This document shows, one piece after another, positions 27,301 through 38,937 of a stretch of 64,000 nt of DNA. Source of the DNA: Moniliella sp. 'wahieum' (taxonomy: Eukaryota); the NCBI GenBank assembly GCA_003971905.1, contig RSEE01000016.1:434001-498000 (forward strand), written 5' to 3'. The notes beneath the pieces were generated by a model. It ran no database searches. It was not told where the DNA came from and was given only the letters and a program-made list of their open reading frames with translations. The first letter of the stretch is position 1; every line of letters starts with the position of its first letter. The translations under genes and the position numbers were made by a program.

Positions 27301-29043
27301 GCCTAGAGCAGAAGGACCACCTGCGCGCCAACGCCGAGGTGTACCACTCCTTGGCCCGCGGTCTTGCCTCCAAGCAGGCTTCTGCCTTCATCCGCCATGG
27401 CTCCCACCACCGCTCGGGCATCCTGCTTGTTCCTGTCGCTGCTCCCCTGCAGCGCAGTTGCCTGCCACTACGGCCCCTTCACTGCGCCTGATCGCGTTTA
27501 TCTTCAAAGAGGGAGTGCCCGCCTGTGTCACAGTGCCCCGCTCAACGTCTCTTCGGCAGGGGCAGCTACCAACGGCCCAGCCACCGCCTCAGGGGGAGTG
27601 GCAAGCTTGCCGTCCCGACAGCTCCTACCCACTCTGCTCCCACTAGCACCCACCCCCCTTCAACGTGGCCAGCAAGCACCTTTTCTCCTTCCCTTCGCCG
27701 CCCCGTCCCACAAATCCAATCCACCCGTTCTCCTACCCTACGGTACCCGTTGCTACCACTGCAGTTTCGACTGCGGCGCCTGTTGCTGCTGCTGCATCCA
27801 GTGGCCACTCTGATCTTCCCGCCGCCTTCCCACCTGCCCCCCGAGCGTCCCAAACTCCATCCTGGCCCCCCGCTGTACCTGCGGGCTTGCCTGTGCCGTA
27901 CACTAGTCCCTCGGTGCCGGCGGCGTCATGTGCAGGCCCGAGCGCAAGCCCAAGCACCATCCCAAACCTAACCGCTCGCCTGCTCGCGCAGCAACAAGTA
28001 GTGTACGACATCTTGCGATCCGCCAACCTGGACCCAACGCATCTTGTCCAAAGTGGCACGCTATTGCAGCACCTGGCCCACCTTGACCAGGCTACTCGTA
28101 CTCGGTTACTAGAGGCCTTAAAGACGTTGCGCCAACTTACGACGGAGGCCCAGGCGCAGCAGCAGGCCGGGCAAGCGCGCGCCCGCCCAAGCTGGTCAGG
28201 ATCATCTCCATGCGCCTCCCCAGCTTGTCCACCCGCCAACGCAAGCCCATCCCCATCCCCAGACTTACACTGATCAACCGCACTCGAACGCTCACGGTAC
28301 GCCAGCGCAAGCCAAGACTGAGGCTGAGATGCGAGCAGCTCAAGCTCAAGCTCAAGCTCAAGCACAGGCATGGGATCGGGATCGGGCACAAGCTCAGGCG
28401 CAAGCTCAGGCACAGGCACAGGCACAGGCGCAAGCACAGGAACAGGCACAGGCACAAGCCCAGTTTCCTTGGCAGGCTCAGCCAGCTCAACCGGACTCCC
28501 ATCCACAACCCGTCCCTGCAAGTGAGAACGCTGGGACGTTGACGATGCTGCAGCAGTACCTTCTCAACCCAGCAACAGCAACAGCAACAGCAACAACAAC
28601 AGCCTCAATCTCAATCTCAACCTCAGCCTCAACCTCAATTGCTACCTCAACTGTTCTTGCCGCAGCAGCAACATCAACCCCTGCAACCACAACCACCCCC
28701 GCTGCCACAGCATGACACGAGTGGGCTAAGCCTCCAACCCGGCGCTCTCACGCCGGCGCAAATCCAAGCCCTGCAGTGGCATTTTCTCCAGCAGGGACAG
28801 GGGGGCCCATTTCAAGCGTTGCAGGCTCAGCTGCAACGTCTGTCTGCCCCGGGGGGGTTGGGCGTGCCAACGTCCGGTTTGACCGGGGGTCCTGTACCAG
28901 CGCCAGTGCCTGTGCCAGCGCCGATGAGTCTGGGGCCAGGCCAAGAGGCAGGCCAAGAACAGGGACAAAGCCAGGTCCAGGCGGGGGAGCCGGATCCGCT
29001 GGCGCAACTCTACTCCCAGTTCTCCCTTCCTTACCGCCCCTGA
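24393..29043 (+). CDS. Large Pro/Gln-rich protein with Med25-like VWA and ACID/PTOV-like domains (putative Mediator subunit 25); frameshifted, at least one intron
   Basis: ATG at 24393; VWA-like segments WGTILVLLP..DVGTVFYG..GILLAEALVAALELL..CVYLLS..WTQAAELLAGQAVFPCTVVL; ACID-like VVYRGNITW..LPWPRSLAI..YHSLARGLASKQASAFIRH..GILLVP..RLIAFIF; in-frame intron 27095-27154 (GTACGT..CTAAC..CAG); (QA)n/polyQ tail ending LYSQFSLPYRP*. Confidence 0.62.
28330..28700 (+). repeat. Coding low-complexity (QA)n and polyQ/QP repeats
   Basis: GCTCAA/GCACAG hexamer arrays and CAACAG arrays. Confidence 0.85.
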
Positions 29044-29230
29044 CCAAAACAAAGAAGTGCCCAGGCGCCACAGCGCCACAGCGGCAAGCACTATGGGAGG
29101 TCCCACCTGTCTGTTTTGCCACCATCTGCATATTCAACTCCAAGTTCAAGGTTGCTTTGGTTGGCTCCTTTATCTATGATCCGTTTGCGTACCGGACGGG
29201 TGGACATTGTGCCTGGTCCATCTGTGAAAT

Positions 29231-30676
29231 TTATTTGTACCCTAGTTCTGGGCTGACGAGGTTGATGAGGCCGAGGTGAGAGTAGTAGGGTGAGGAGGAG
29301 GATTGTCGACTGGTGCCGAGAGGTCTTTGGAGGGAGACGGAGTAGTAGCAGTAGAGTGGCGGAGGTGGCAGAGGGGACTGGGGGATGGGTCCTTGGAGGG
29401 GATGGTGTCCTTGGAGGGGATGGTGTCCTTGGAGGGGATGGTGTCCTTGAGGGAGAGGTGTCAATGGAGGTAGACGGAGTGGTAGTGGTAGAGGTGGGAG
29501 AGGGGGAGGGAGAGTCTTTGCGTTCGATAGGGCGAGAGCTAACGTCATACGGCTCAAACGGGAAGAAGAGGCGATTTTTCGGCCAGCGCGGGGTGTCGGG
29601 GTCGGTGGCGACTGCACATGTACCGCCGCGCGAGGCAAAGCGGACCAAGCGCTGGTCCGGATCGAACGCGCGCGCGAGCGGGTACTCATCATACACCCAG
29701 ACGGCGTCGAGTCATGCTCATGCTTGACCAGCAAACTGACGCGCACCGCGGGGAACGAAGGCATGCCCATCCCACCCCCCACAACGTCCAAGTCCGAGAG
29801 CTGACGTGGGGCGAGGATAGGGCCGAGTGTGTTGGTCATCAGCGCTTGCGTGCTAAAATTCTTGGTTACGGCACCAACGGTAAGATGGGGCATGTAGATG
29901 TCCCTGGGTACCGGTGCTGGCATGGCACCCATATCGACCAGCAAAGTTTGGATGCGATGCTGAAGCAGCAAGAGGCGCCGAGTACCTTCCTCGCCTTGGA
30001 CAAGTCGGTAATCTGGCACATTCGGAGGAAGAGAGAGACTGAGGAAGAAGGCTATCCTCTGCCAAGCCAGGTGGCGGGGTGAACTTTCCCGTCCGTTTTA
30101 ATTCCTCCGCTTTCCGGATGGCTTGGCGGTGTCGGGCCTTGTCTCGCCCGACGATGCGGGTTAGGTCCCAGAGCTTCCGCTCAGGAACGGGAGTAGGTCG
30201 GAGGTAAAAGAGGAACTTGTTGGGCGTGACGAAAAAGTCGGAAACAGGAAAGTTGAGACTGAACGCACCACCGGGAAGGTGTGGGTCAACTTGCGCAGGG
30301 CGGACGAAATGTGCTTGACATAGTTGATGAGGAGGAGGAACGTAGTCTTGGGGGCCGCGGAGGAAAAAGTGGTCGGTTTCGGGGATGGTGTCAGCGCTTT
30401 CGAGTGCAAAAGGTGGTGCATTGATCATCCGTCCTTGTCGACGGTACCTGGCCTTAACCTTCCCTTCTTTGTCCCACTGCATGCCATGATCACGCGGGAT
30501 GGGGCTCTTCAGCATAAACGGCGATATGAGCGGGATGTGCGGAAGAAGCGTGTCGTGGTGAGGATCATGCAGGCGGCGGACTCGCTGCAGCTGCTTGTAC
30601 ATAGCATGAGAAGCAGGACTGTGGGCTCGATCATGAGCGCCACCATGGCTTTCAGTCTTCCCCTGAGAGCAGACAT
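29231..30676 (-). CDS. 2H-phosphoesterase superfamily protein (LigT/2'-5' RNA ligase-like); frameshifted
   Basis: ATG at 30676 (MSALRGRLKAMVALMIEP); QLQRVRRLHDPHHDTLLPHIPLISPF (first His motif) and YMPHLTVG (second HxT motif); C-terminal RTPSPP repeats. Confidence 0.65.
29385..29455. repeat. 18-bp tandem repeat (RTPSPP)n
   Basis: GATGGTGTCCTTGGAGGG, 3-4 copies. Confidence 0.85.
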
Positions 30677-31045
30677 TGTGGTGGTGGCGGCGAAGATTGA
30701 AAGATGGAGGATTAATGACGAGAAGAAGTCGGAAGCATGCAGGAGATTGTTGTCTTTTTTTGCTTTCTTGCACCAAAACCACTTTTTCCAATTTCTCATT
30801 TGCAACTTTCAAAATTTTTTAAACTTGCAGCTCGAAGCTTCATTGAAGCTCTTGAAGCTGCAAAGGCAAGCTCAGGGATAATCTCCTTGACGCAGTAATG
30901 CCAACCTGCCATTCCTCTAGTTGACAGTGAGCGACTACATTTCCCTCGTTTCTGACCTCCCACCACAGCCTCCCAGTCACCAAGTTCGGTCGAATGCACA
31001 CCATCCATCCAAACATAAGATGGGAAACACTCAGACATGAGCACA

Positions 31046-31746
31046 TTACAGCTGCAGTCCCAGGAGGATTTGCTCCACTGCATAGAAAATCGGTTAGTGC
31101 CTGTCCATCGGTCGCGTCTGACGCGGGGGCGGAACGTACAGGTCTTTGAACCAAACTGAATGACACGAGGGGCGGAGCCATCAGAAAACTCAATTTGGAT
31201 ACTGGGCGAAGTGATATTGGCCTTGGCCAGCAGCTCCGTTTCTTCGGCCGAGGGCTTCTTGGAATAATGGGCAATCGGCTTGGGCGGTTTTTTTGATCAC
31301 CACTTCCTCCTCGTCCGCTGCAGAGGGAGTAGTGGCAGACGATTCTTGTTCCTTGGCGAGGGCGCGCTGCTTCTCAGCAACCTCGTGGAGACAAGTTCTT
31401 CGCGACCGTCTAGATAGCGGAGGACGTGGTCGTGGGTCGGGGGCAAGTAGGCCACGGACCAAGTCAGAGACGGGTTCTGGAACGCGAGACGGGGAAGAGC
31501 TTGCTTGACAAATTGGTACTGGCCGCTGGTGCGTTCAAAAGGCTGCTGCAGCGCAACGATGACCTGGGAGGCAGTGCGGGGCAGGCGGAAGCCTCCGGGA
31601 GCATCGGTCTGGGACAGGGCGGTAATTAGATTGGCGGGGGTGGGCGTGTCCATGCCCAGGCGGCCTAGGTGGGTGCGGTGTGGGGCGGGCGCTCCCTCCA
31701 GGGAAGCGGCGAAGTAGGAGGCCAGCAGACGACCGGTAGCGCGCAT
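31046..31746 (-). CDS. Mitochondrial ribosomal protein Mrp49/mL61-like (L51/S25/CI-B8 domain)
   Basis: Arg-rich presequence-like N-terminus; GGFRLP..QYQFVKQALPRLAFQNP motif; intron 31078-31139 (GTACGT..CTAAC..CAG) giving KTLEQILLGLQL*. Confidence 0.7.
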
Positions 31747-32572
31747 GGCGGGGGGGGGTGATGGCGGTGGTGTCGGGCCCAGGGCGGCTCAGAAGGTCGG
31801 GAGACTGAGCGGAAGAAAGGCGGAGGTGAAATGGAACATTGAAAGTTGAACGTTGAACATTGAAAGTTGAACGTTGAACGCAGCGGTTAATTTCAGCTTT
31901 CAACAACTCAGACTTCCAATGTGACATGCGATCATCGATCAGCTCGATCACCAGTCACTAGTCACTAGTCACCGCTCATCGACATCGTCCATCTGCATCA
32001 GCACCAAGCGCAAGTCTCACCGACTGGATTGACAGAATTTGGGATGCGAAGGGACTGTCGGGCGAGCAGATCGATCAGACACTGCTGCGCCACTGCGCGC
32101 AGCCCACCGCGAGGGGAGACGCCTTTCAGGGCCGGTTATATTTACAGCGCTTTCAGCTGTACACTGAAGACATGCCTAGTATAGGGCCCCTCTCATAAAA
32201 AAAAAGGCCTACGGCCCACGGCTCACAAAAAGGCCCAACAGGCAAGCACGCTTCCTCTCGATCATCCATCCTCCATCCTCGATCCCCACCCGGTCCTCTC
32301 CGCCCCGGTAGCCAGGAGGCAGAAGAGAGAAGGAAACATGAGGCTGCGACCAGGTGTTTTGTTCTGCGCACTCGGGTACTCTCACATTCTGGACTCGGCC
32401 CATTTCTTCACTATTAGTTAGTTACTCGTTATTAGTGACTATAATTTAGTTGCTACGGTTGTTCTATACTGTTGACACTCTCGCCCTCTCCTGTCACCGG
32501 TCACCCAGACCGAGCCCTCTGAGGCCGAGCCCTCTGAGGGCCACCTCAGCCCACAACGGCTCCTGGCTCAAC

Positions 32573-34621
32573 ATGTTCGCATCGCATGCTGGCCAGCAGC
32601 ACCAGCCTCTCCAACTTCAGCCCCGCCTATATCCCTCTTCCAGCAGCGGCCTCTCCTCGCCATCTTCGCCCTCTCATCCGTGGGAGCCTCCATGCCCGCA
32701 CCGGCCGCCGTCAACATCCCCGCTCCATCCTCTGCTGCCCCATCCTCCGCTCCCCTCCGCGACTCCCAGCGCACTCACGGCAAGAGCACCCTCCGTCGTG
32801 CTCTCGCCCTTGCTCAGGCCGCCATCCAGTACGACAATGATGGTGACTACGCCCAGGCCGTGGATGCCTACCGTTCTGCCATCGTCCTCCTGGACACTGT
32901 TCTTATACACACCTCCTCGCGCACCAGCCTGAGCGCCGTCGTCTTTCGGAAATCCGCACGGCTTATTCCGACCGCATCCTTCGCCTTTCCCGCCATATCC
33001 GCCCTCACACCCATCACAGCCCAGCCCCAACCCCGACCCGCATCTCCCCCCTCCCGTCTTGCCCAGAGCCGCGGCACCGATTCCGATTCCACCTCCCAAC
33101 CCTCGTTTCGTCTGCGCCACTCCCGCCGCCTTGCCGAACGGAGTGGGAGGGCGGTGGTCGCGCCGCCGCCCTCCGTCACGCCTCCTAGAGCCTCACGTCG
33201 CCGCTCCACTTCGGCCCCTGTGCTTGCCAGCATGCCGGACGGTACCACATTGGCCAGCCACAACGATTCTCCCTCTCGCTCCAGTAATCGACCCGTAGAG
33301 CGTTTCCCATCTCAGCAGGTGCCCACGGTGCCTCTATCCACATCGCCCCTGCTCTCGCTTCCCTCTGCCCCTGCCTCATTCGGCCATGCACGCATACGCC
33401 GGGATGCCCTCACCCACCCACACCCTCTGTCCCCTCCTCGGCTCAGTCTCATCACCCCATACATACCGCGCCGCTCCCCCACGCCCTCGGCAAAGTGAGA
33501 CCGCGTGACGTCTCGCCGCCGCGCGGGAAAAATGCGCTCCCACGCAGCACCCCCCCCCACGGCGACCTACACCCCAGTTCGCCTACTGGCCTCCCTGCGT
33601 TCCGACCGAGCGGCCTTCTAATCAAGAACAAGTACCGCTCATATCCTCGCCCCCTAGCTTCATCCAGCAGGAGGAGAAACCTAATCGGGCGCGCAACCAA
33701 ACCAAGCCCTTATCTGACTATCATCGACCTCGCCCGCCCCTGCCCAGCCAAACCCAAGCTGCCATCCGCATCCTGACAACCGACCTTCCTACCTGGACCC
33801 CCTGTACGCTCGCCATCCCTCGCGCCCAGCCTCGCCTGAAGCGAACGGACCCTACGTTGGTGGTTGCCCGGCGACTGGCCGCGTCCTTACCCGGATGTGC
33901 TTGGCCTGGGACCGAAGGAAGGAAACAATCGATTTCTTCTTCCCGCCAAAGCATGGCGCTTGCCCCAGTCGCAGACCCGCTCCCCCAAAGCACCACTCCA
34001 AGTGTTGGAACAAGTTGGCTCGGACTTGGCCTCGGCCTTGCAGCTGGGCACGGCCTGGCTCCATCCTCCCCCCACTTCATTGAAGGCGGAGCCGAGAGAT
34101 TGTCCCCATCTGGGTCGACACCCGTATCGGTACCAACCCCAGCAGCCCAGTTTATCGCTGCTCTGGACCATATGATGGAGGAAATGATAGGCGCAAGTCC
34201 ATCAGTGCGCAAGCACCAATCCCGACAGAGCCTGGGACGGAACAAGCATCGTTTGAGCATGTCACAAGCGCTCGACGAACTGACACTCACCTCGGGCCGG
34301 ACGAAAGGACGCGCACCCCATCCCCCGTCCGCCTTCGTCGGGGGGGTTGGTGAGCCGTGTGAGCGGCTTTCGGGCGAGCTGGAGTGCGATTGCGCGGGGC
34401 AAGGCGCGCGAACCAGCTGGAGGAGCTAGTCAATGGCCCGGAGCTGCGTATGCATTGGCGATAGCCCGAGTGTTGGGGGATTGGCGGCGTTGGAGCGGCT
34501 GTTGGATCGTTTAGACGAAAGTTGCTCGTCCCGATCGGCCAGTGAGCAAAGTCTGGTTCGGAGGAAAAAGTGGCCTCCAACCGCCTTGATTGGCACCGTG
34601 GTCTGTGCTATCCTGCCCTGA
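32573..34621 (+). CDS. MIT-domain protein with Ser/Pro-rich disordered body; frameshifted, boundaries approximate
   Basis: KSTLRRALALAQAAIQYDNDGDYAQAVDAYRSAIVLLDTVL is a typical MIT helical hairpin; helical C-terminal segments (QFIAALDHMMEEM, LAALERLLDRLDE). Confidence 0.65.
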
Positions 34622-34849
34622 GATGTGACGGCAGCGTGGGAAAACTATTTAACGCGTAGAGCGCGTTGGACTGGATGAAGTAACGGAGGGGGGCTTGGAT
34701 CTCATTACCTCCATTTTCCCCACTTTCTCCACCACCAACCTCACTGTGGCTTATAAATTAGTTGTACCAGTCATTCTTATTCTGCTTGAGCTTCGGGCCC
34801 TCACAGGCATCAGCAGTCTATCACATCATTTAGGCGATGGGGATAGGGG

Positions 34850-37800
34850 TTAAGTCGTCGTGTCGGACATAGGAGATGGAGAGAAACCGATCGCCATGTC
34901 CAAGGGGAGAGAGGCAATCGGAGACGACGGACGCATACGTGAGGGGCGGCTATGCGCGGGAGCGGGCGGGAGGAAGCCGTCCAGGGGATCTAGGGACTCG
35001 ATTCGAATTAAACGGACTGGGGACGAGGTGAGCATGATCATGGGTGAAGACGCATCCGATACCTGACCAATGACGACGAAATGAGATACCTGAATTCCCT
35101 CGTCCTAGTCTAACTTGTCCTTGACGGCCTCGGAGACTGTCCACGTCATATCCCCCGGTGGTGAAGAGAGATCGGAGGAGGAGAGGGGGGGGGCGCAGGG
35201 GTGAGAGCTCTTCCGGGTTGTTCCAGATCGGAGAGGAAGACGTGTCGCTGAACGGGTCGATGATGCAGCAAGGGACGGATCCACGTTGTACTGGGGTGGT
35301 CCCCACAATGGACTCTTCCCGTCACCTCCCAACTGCTTTCATTCCAAGAGGGCCATCTTCAAGGGACCAGCTCGCACAAGGGGTTCAGCCTCAAGAGGCT
35401 CGTCCACACTCGCTTCCTCTCCCGAAGGGCTCCTCAAGTGACTCCACAAGGGATTCCTCCTCAAGAGGCCTCCACAAGGCAGTCCTCTTCAAGATGATGT
35501 TCCTCGTGGAATCCTCTTCGCAAGGGGTTCTTCAGGAGGCACCTCCTGAGCAGGCACTTCTGAACAGGCACCTCTGAACAGGCACATCCTGAACAGGCAC
35601 CTCCTGAACAGGCACCTCCCGAACAGGCCTCTGAACAGGCACATCCTGAACAGGCACCTCCTGAACAGGCACCTCCTGAACAGGCACGCCCTGAGCAGGG
35701 AACTCCTCAAGAGGCCCCTTATCAGCCGGCTCCTCAATAAGCGTCTCCTCAAGAGGCCCTTGCTGAGTGGGCTCTTCAATAAGCGTCACCGTAATACGCT
35801 CATCCGGAGCAGGCCTCCATCGGTTTCTCTTCAAGAGGCCCCTCCCGAGCAGGCTCCTCCATAGGATGCTCATCCTGAGAAGGCACCTCCTTAGCAGGCA
35901 CCTCCTCAGCAGGCATCTCCACAACAGGCTGCGCCTTAGCGGGCTCCTGTTCTAGAGGCTCAGCACGAGGCTCTTGCCCAAGGGGATTCTCTCGCGGTTC
36001 CCCCTGATCAAGATCACTCAAACGGGACTGATCTAGAGGTACCTGCGGAATAGGCGTCGCCTCACCCGGCTCACTTTGGCGAGACTCCACCTGCCTTAAA
36101 ATCTCCGCAGGAGGCTCCGACTTGCGATGCTCCTCCTCCTGTCGACACTCTTCAACATGAGCCTCCTCAGCATGAACGCCCCGATGAAGATGTTCTTCCT
36201 CCAGTGGCGTGCCTACGCGCGGCTCACCCATATGTGGGCTTTCCTCCAGCGCTTGATTCACGGGTGACTTTGCCTCCATTGGGCCGGTAGCGCCCGAACC
36301 TTTGGCTAATGGGTCCGTCAAAGTCAACGAGGCCGAGGAGGCGAAGGACGCACCCTGTGGAGTTAGCACCTCCTCGGTAGCAGAGAGTTCCTCGCCTTGG
36401 TAGTGGGAGGCAGGCACTGCAAGCATGGCAGTGGTTTGCCCTGCCTCAGATGAGACAGTGTCTTTCGTCGGCTCCATAGGAGGGTGGGAGGGAGAGGCAG
36501 CTGGGGGTTCCAATGACGGTACGACCCAGTCCTCCTTCTCAACTGAAGGATCCACAGTGGCCGGCGTGGTTGTTGGAAGGATTAGCCCCCCGTCCGCTGT
36601 TTTCACGTCCTCCATCTGGCCGGCAGATGGTTCGGGCCCGGACGCGGGTCTGGCTGCAAATGGTGCAAGGGGCGATGATCCCGTCTGATTGTTGGCAGCG
36701 GCATCCCCTGAGGAAGTGGAGACCATAGGCAGAGGAAATGGACCTGCCATTTCGGTGCTCACCCCTGGGATTGAGGGGGAAGCAGGGGCAGCGGTCACGT
36801 CCTTCAACTCACTGGAGGGATGACCTGGCTCGGCGATAGGGAGAGTTGTAACCAGCCAAGAGGAAAGGTCGGTATTTAATTCAGCGGCAACGGGGACGGG
36901 CGCATCCTCTGTTCCTTCCATGGCAGAGACGGTGCGGGGTGTTCAGGGAGGCACATATTCAGTTGTGGATGCGTATGTGCCTCTGCCACTACGTTGGCCT
37001 CCAGTGTGGGGGGTGCTGGTCGTGCTTCAGCACTCATCTGGTCGGTGGAATGTATCCTGAGCATCGGTGATTCCGTTTTGTCGGCGGCAGGGGCATCGTC
37101 CTCCCGTGGTACCATGGTGGGCTGGGTAGTGGTAGTACTAGACCCAGTATGACGTCGGGAAGCATCGTCTTCAGCCACCTTGGCCACCGACATCACACTT
37201 TCATGGTCCTTGGGCGCCAGAACATCTGGGCTTTTGTCTTCTCCATCCAACTCGTGAGGTCTGGACCCGAGCCCATTCATGTCAGGGGTGGGCCACACCC
37301 AGATGTTGGATCTGAAAGAAGGGGTTAGTGGATTCTCCGGACTTCCGGAAGGCACCTTATACGTACGAGCCATCCAGTAGCCTAGGCTCCGTGAATGTGA
37401 CCGGCTTCGTAGATGGTGGGACATGGGGTAGGTCCCAGCCGAGTCGCTGGGCAAGGTAGCTAACGATTGTATCAGGGTCACCGAGAAGCATGACATCCGA
37501 CTGAAAGTGGGGCACATGTGTCTTGCTGATCATAATAACCGGGACCCGATGCGGCATGAGTGCGACCAAGTCGGCAGCGAGCGTCGAGGCGTTCAGTGGA
37601 GAGCCTACAATAATAATCAGATCTGCTAGTGGACGGTCCGCCTCGACTAAACCTTGCAGTTGGCTCGACACGCTCTCTCCGACAAATGCAATGTCAGGCT
37701 GATAAAGGTCAGAAAAGTTCCAAAGGAGAAGACCAAAGTAGGCGTACCTTGAGTACCCCCAAGCCAGGCTGGGCATCATTTTCTTGCGCAAAGACCCAGT

Positions 37801-38937
37801 GCACCTCACCATTGGGTCCTGCACGTTTTTTGCGTCGTTGATTGATGGCGCGTTCCTCGCAGGTAGAGCATTGGGGTACTTCCCTGGCCATGATGGCTTC
37901 CTGTATCTGCGCCTTATCGACCCGCGCTTTACATATTGGATCGGTACAGGTGGCCGTAGCGATGCTGCCGTGACATTGGAATAAGTGCGTGATGCCCGCC
38001 GATTGTTCGAGCATGTCGATGTTCTCAGTGTAATTGCGCAGCAGCCGGCCCCGGTCTTGCAGAAGTTTGACAAACTGATGCGAGACCGAAGGTTGAACAG
38101 TCGAAGAAAAAGTGTATGTCTACACCAAGTCAGTATTCTCCTGTATGTAAATGTCACCAATCGACAGGGGTGTGCACGTACGCAGCATCGTAGAAAATGC
38201 TCGGGTCGGCAAGAAAGCGGCCGATGTCAAACATGCCATCCGGGATTTGGACATCAGAGGTTCCCTCGAATGAAGTATAAATGCCGTTTTGGGAGCGAAG
38301 GTCGAGGTTCCCGCCAGGCGCACTGATTTCCGCTCCAGTCAAGACAAGGATGTTGTGGGCCCCAAGGATCAAGTTGACCGCATCATCAGGGGTGCTGTAT
38401 TGGTCTAAACGGGGACGTTGTTGCAATGCTTGATCCGCTTTATTCAACGGCACATCAGCTTGTCTCATGCGCTCTGCGAGAATGCTCACTAATTGGTCTC
38501 TGGGCAGGTCACGATTCACAAAGTATTCAGCCTGGGGAAAGCGTCAGTTTAATGCGCTTATGCTTTACACAAACCACAAGAGCATCACATACTTTTTCAA
38601 GCCCTTTGGCGGCGAGAAACAAGGGAATCTAGGGAACAAAATCGAGTGTCAGCTATCTGACGCCCCTGCGCCTCGTTGCCACAGGCACTAACGAACATCC
38701 AAATCGCTTTCATAACGATTTAACCAACGCTCCAGCCGTAGTTTTGTAGATCCGTTTGGAGTTGCTCAAGACGATCAGGGGGAAACGCCTGGTGAGCTAG
38801 CACAGCATTTAGGGGGTTAAGAACGCGTTCCATTCCATCTCCCAGCGCGGGGTGTCAGGGGGGTCAAGTGGTAACGAACCGGCCTGCTTGAGCTGCTCAG
38901 CCCGCATGTCGGACTCTAATGCTGGAAGACTGGACAT
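34850..38937 (-). CDS. Sir2/Hst1-type sirtuin with degenerate NAD-binding motifs and a long acidic/Pro-rich repeat tail
   Basis: RPRLDQYSTPDDAVNLILGAHNILVLTGAEIS..DLRSQNGIY, MFDIGRFLADPSIFY, LLRNYTENIDMLE, QCHGSIATATC..C..CSTC, LKPDIAFVGE, DLIIIVGSPL, DVMLLGDPD; introns at about 38629-38696, 38532-38592, 38120-38181, 37699-37747 and 37312-37366; the last intron splices the domain in frame to the tail. Confidence 0.85.
35530..35945 (-). repeat. Coding tandem repeats: 15-bp (E/D)VPVQ units plus longer EEPxxxGPLEE units in the sirtuin tail
   Basis: CCTGAACAGGCAC(C/A)T repeated roughly ten times at 35536-35700; CTCAAGAGGCCC blocks recurring at 35706-35845. Confidence 0.9.

Noticed and set aside
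35530..35700. Regular repeat array as a possible CRISPR-like locus
   Set aside because: Head-to-tail 15-bp coding repeats without unique spacers, in a eukaryotic gene
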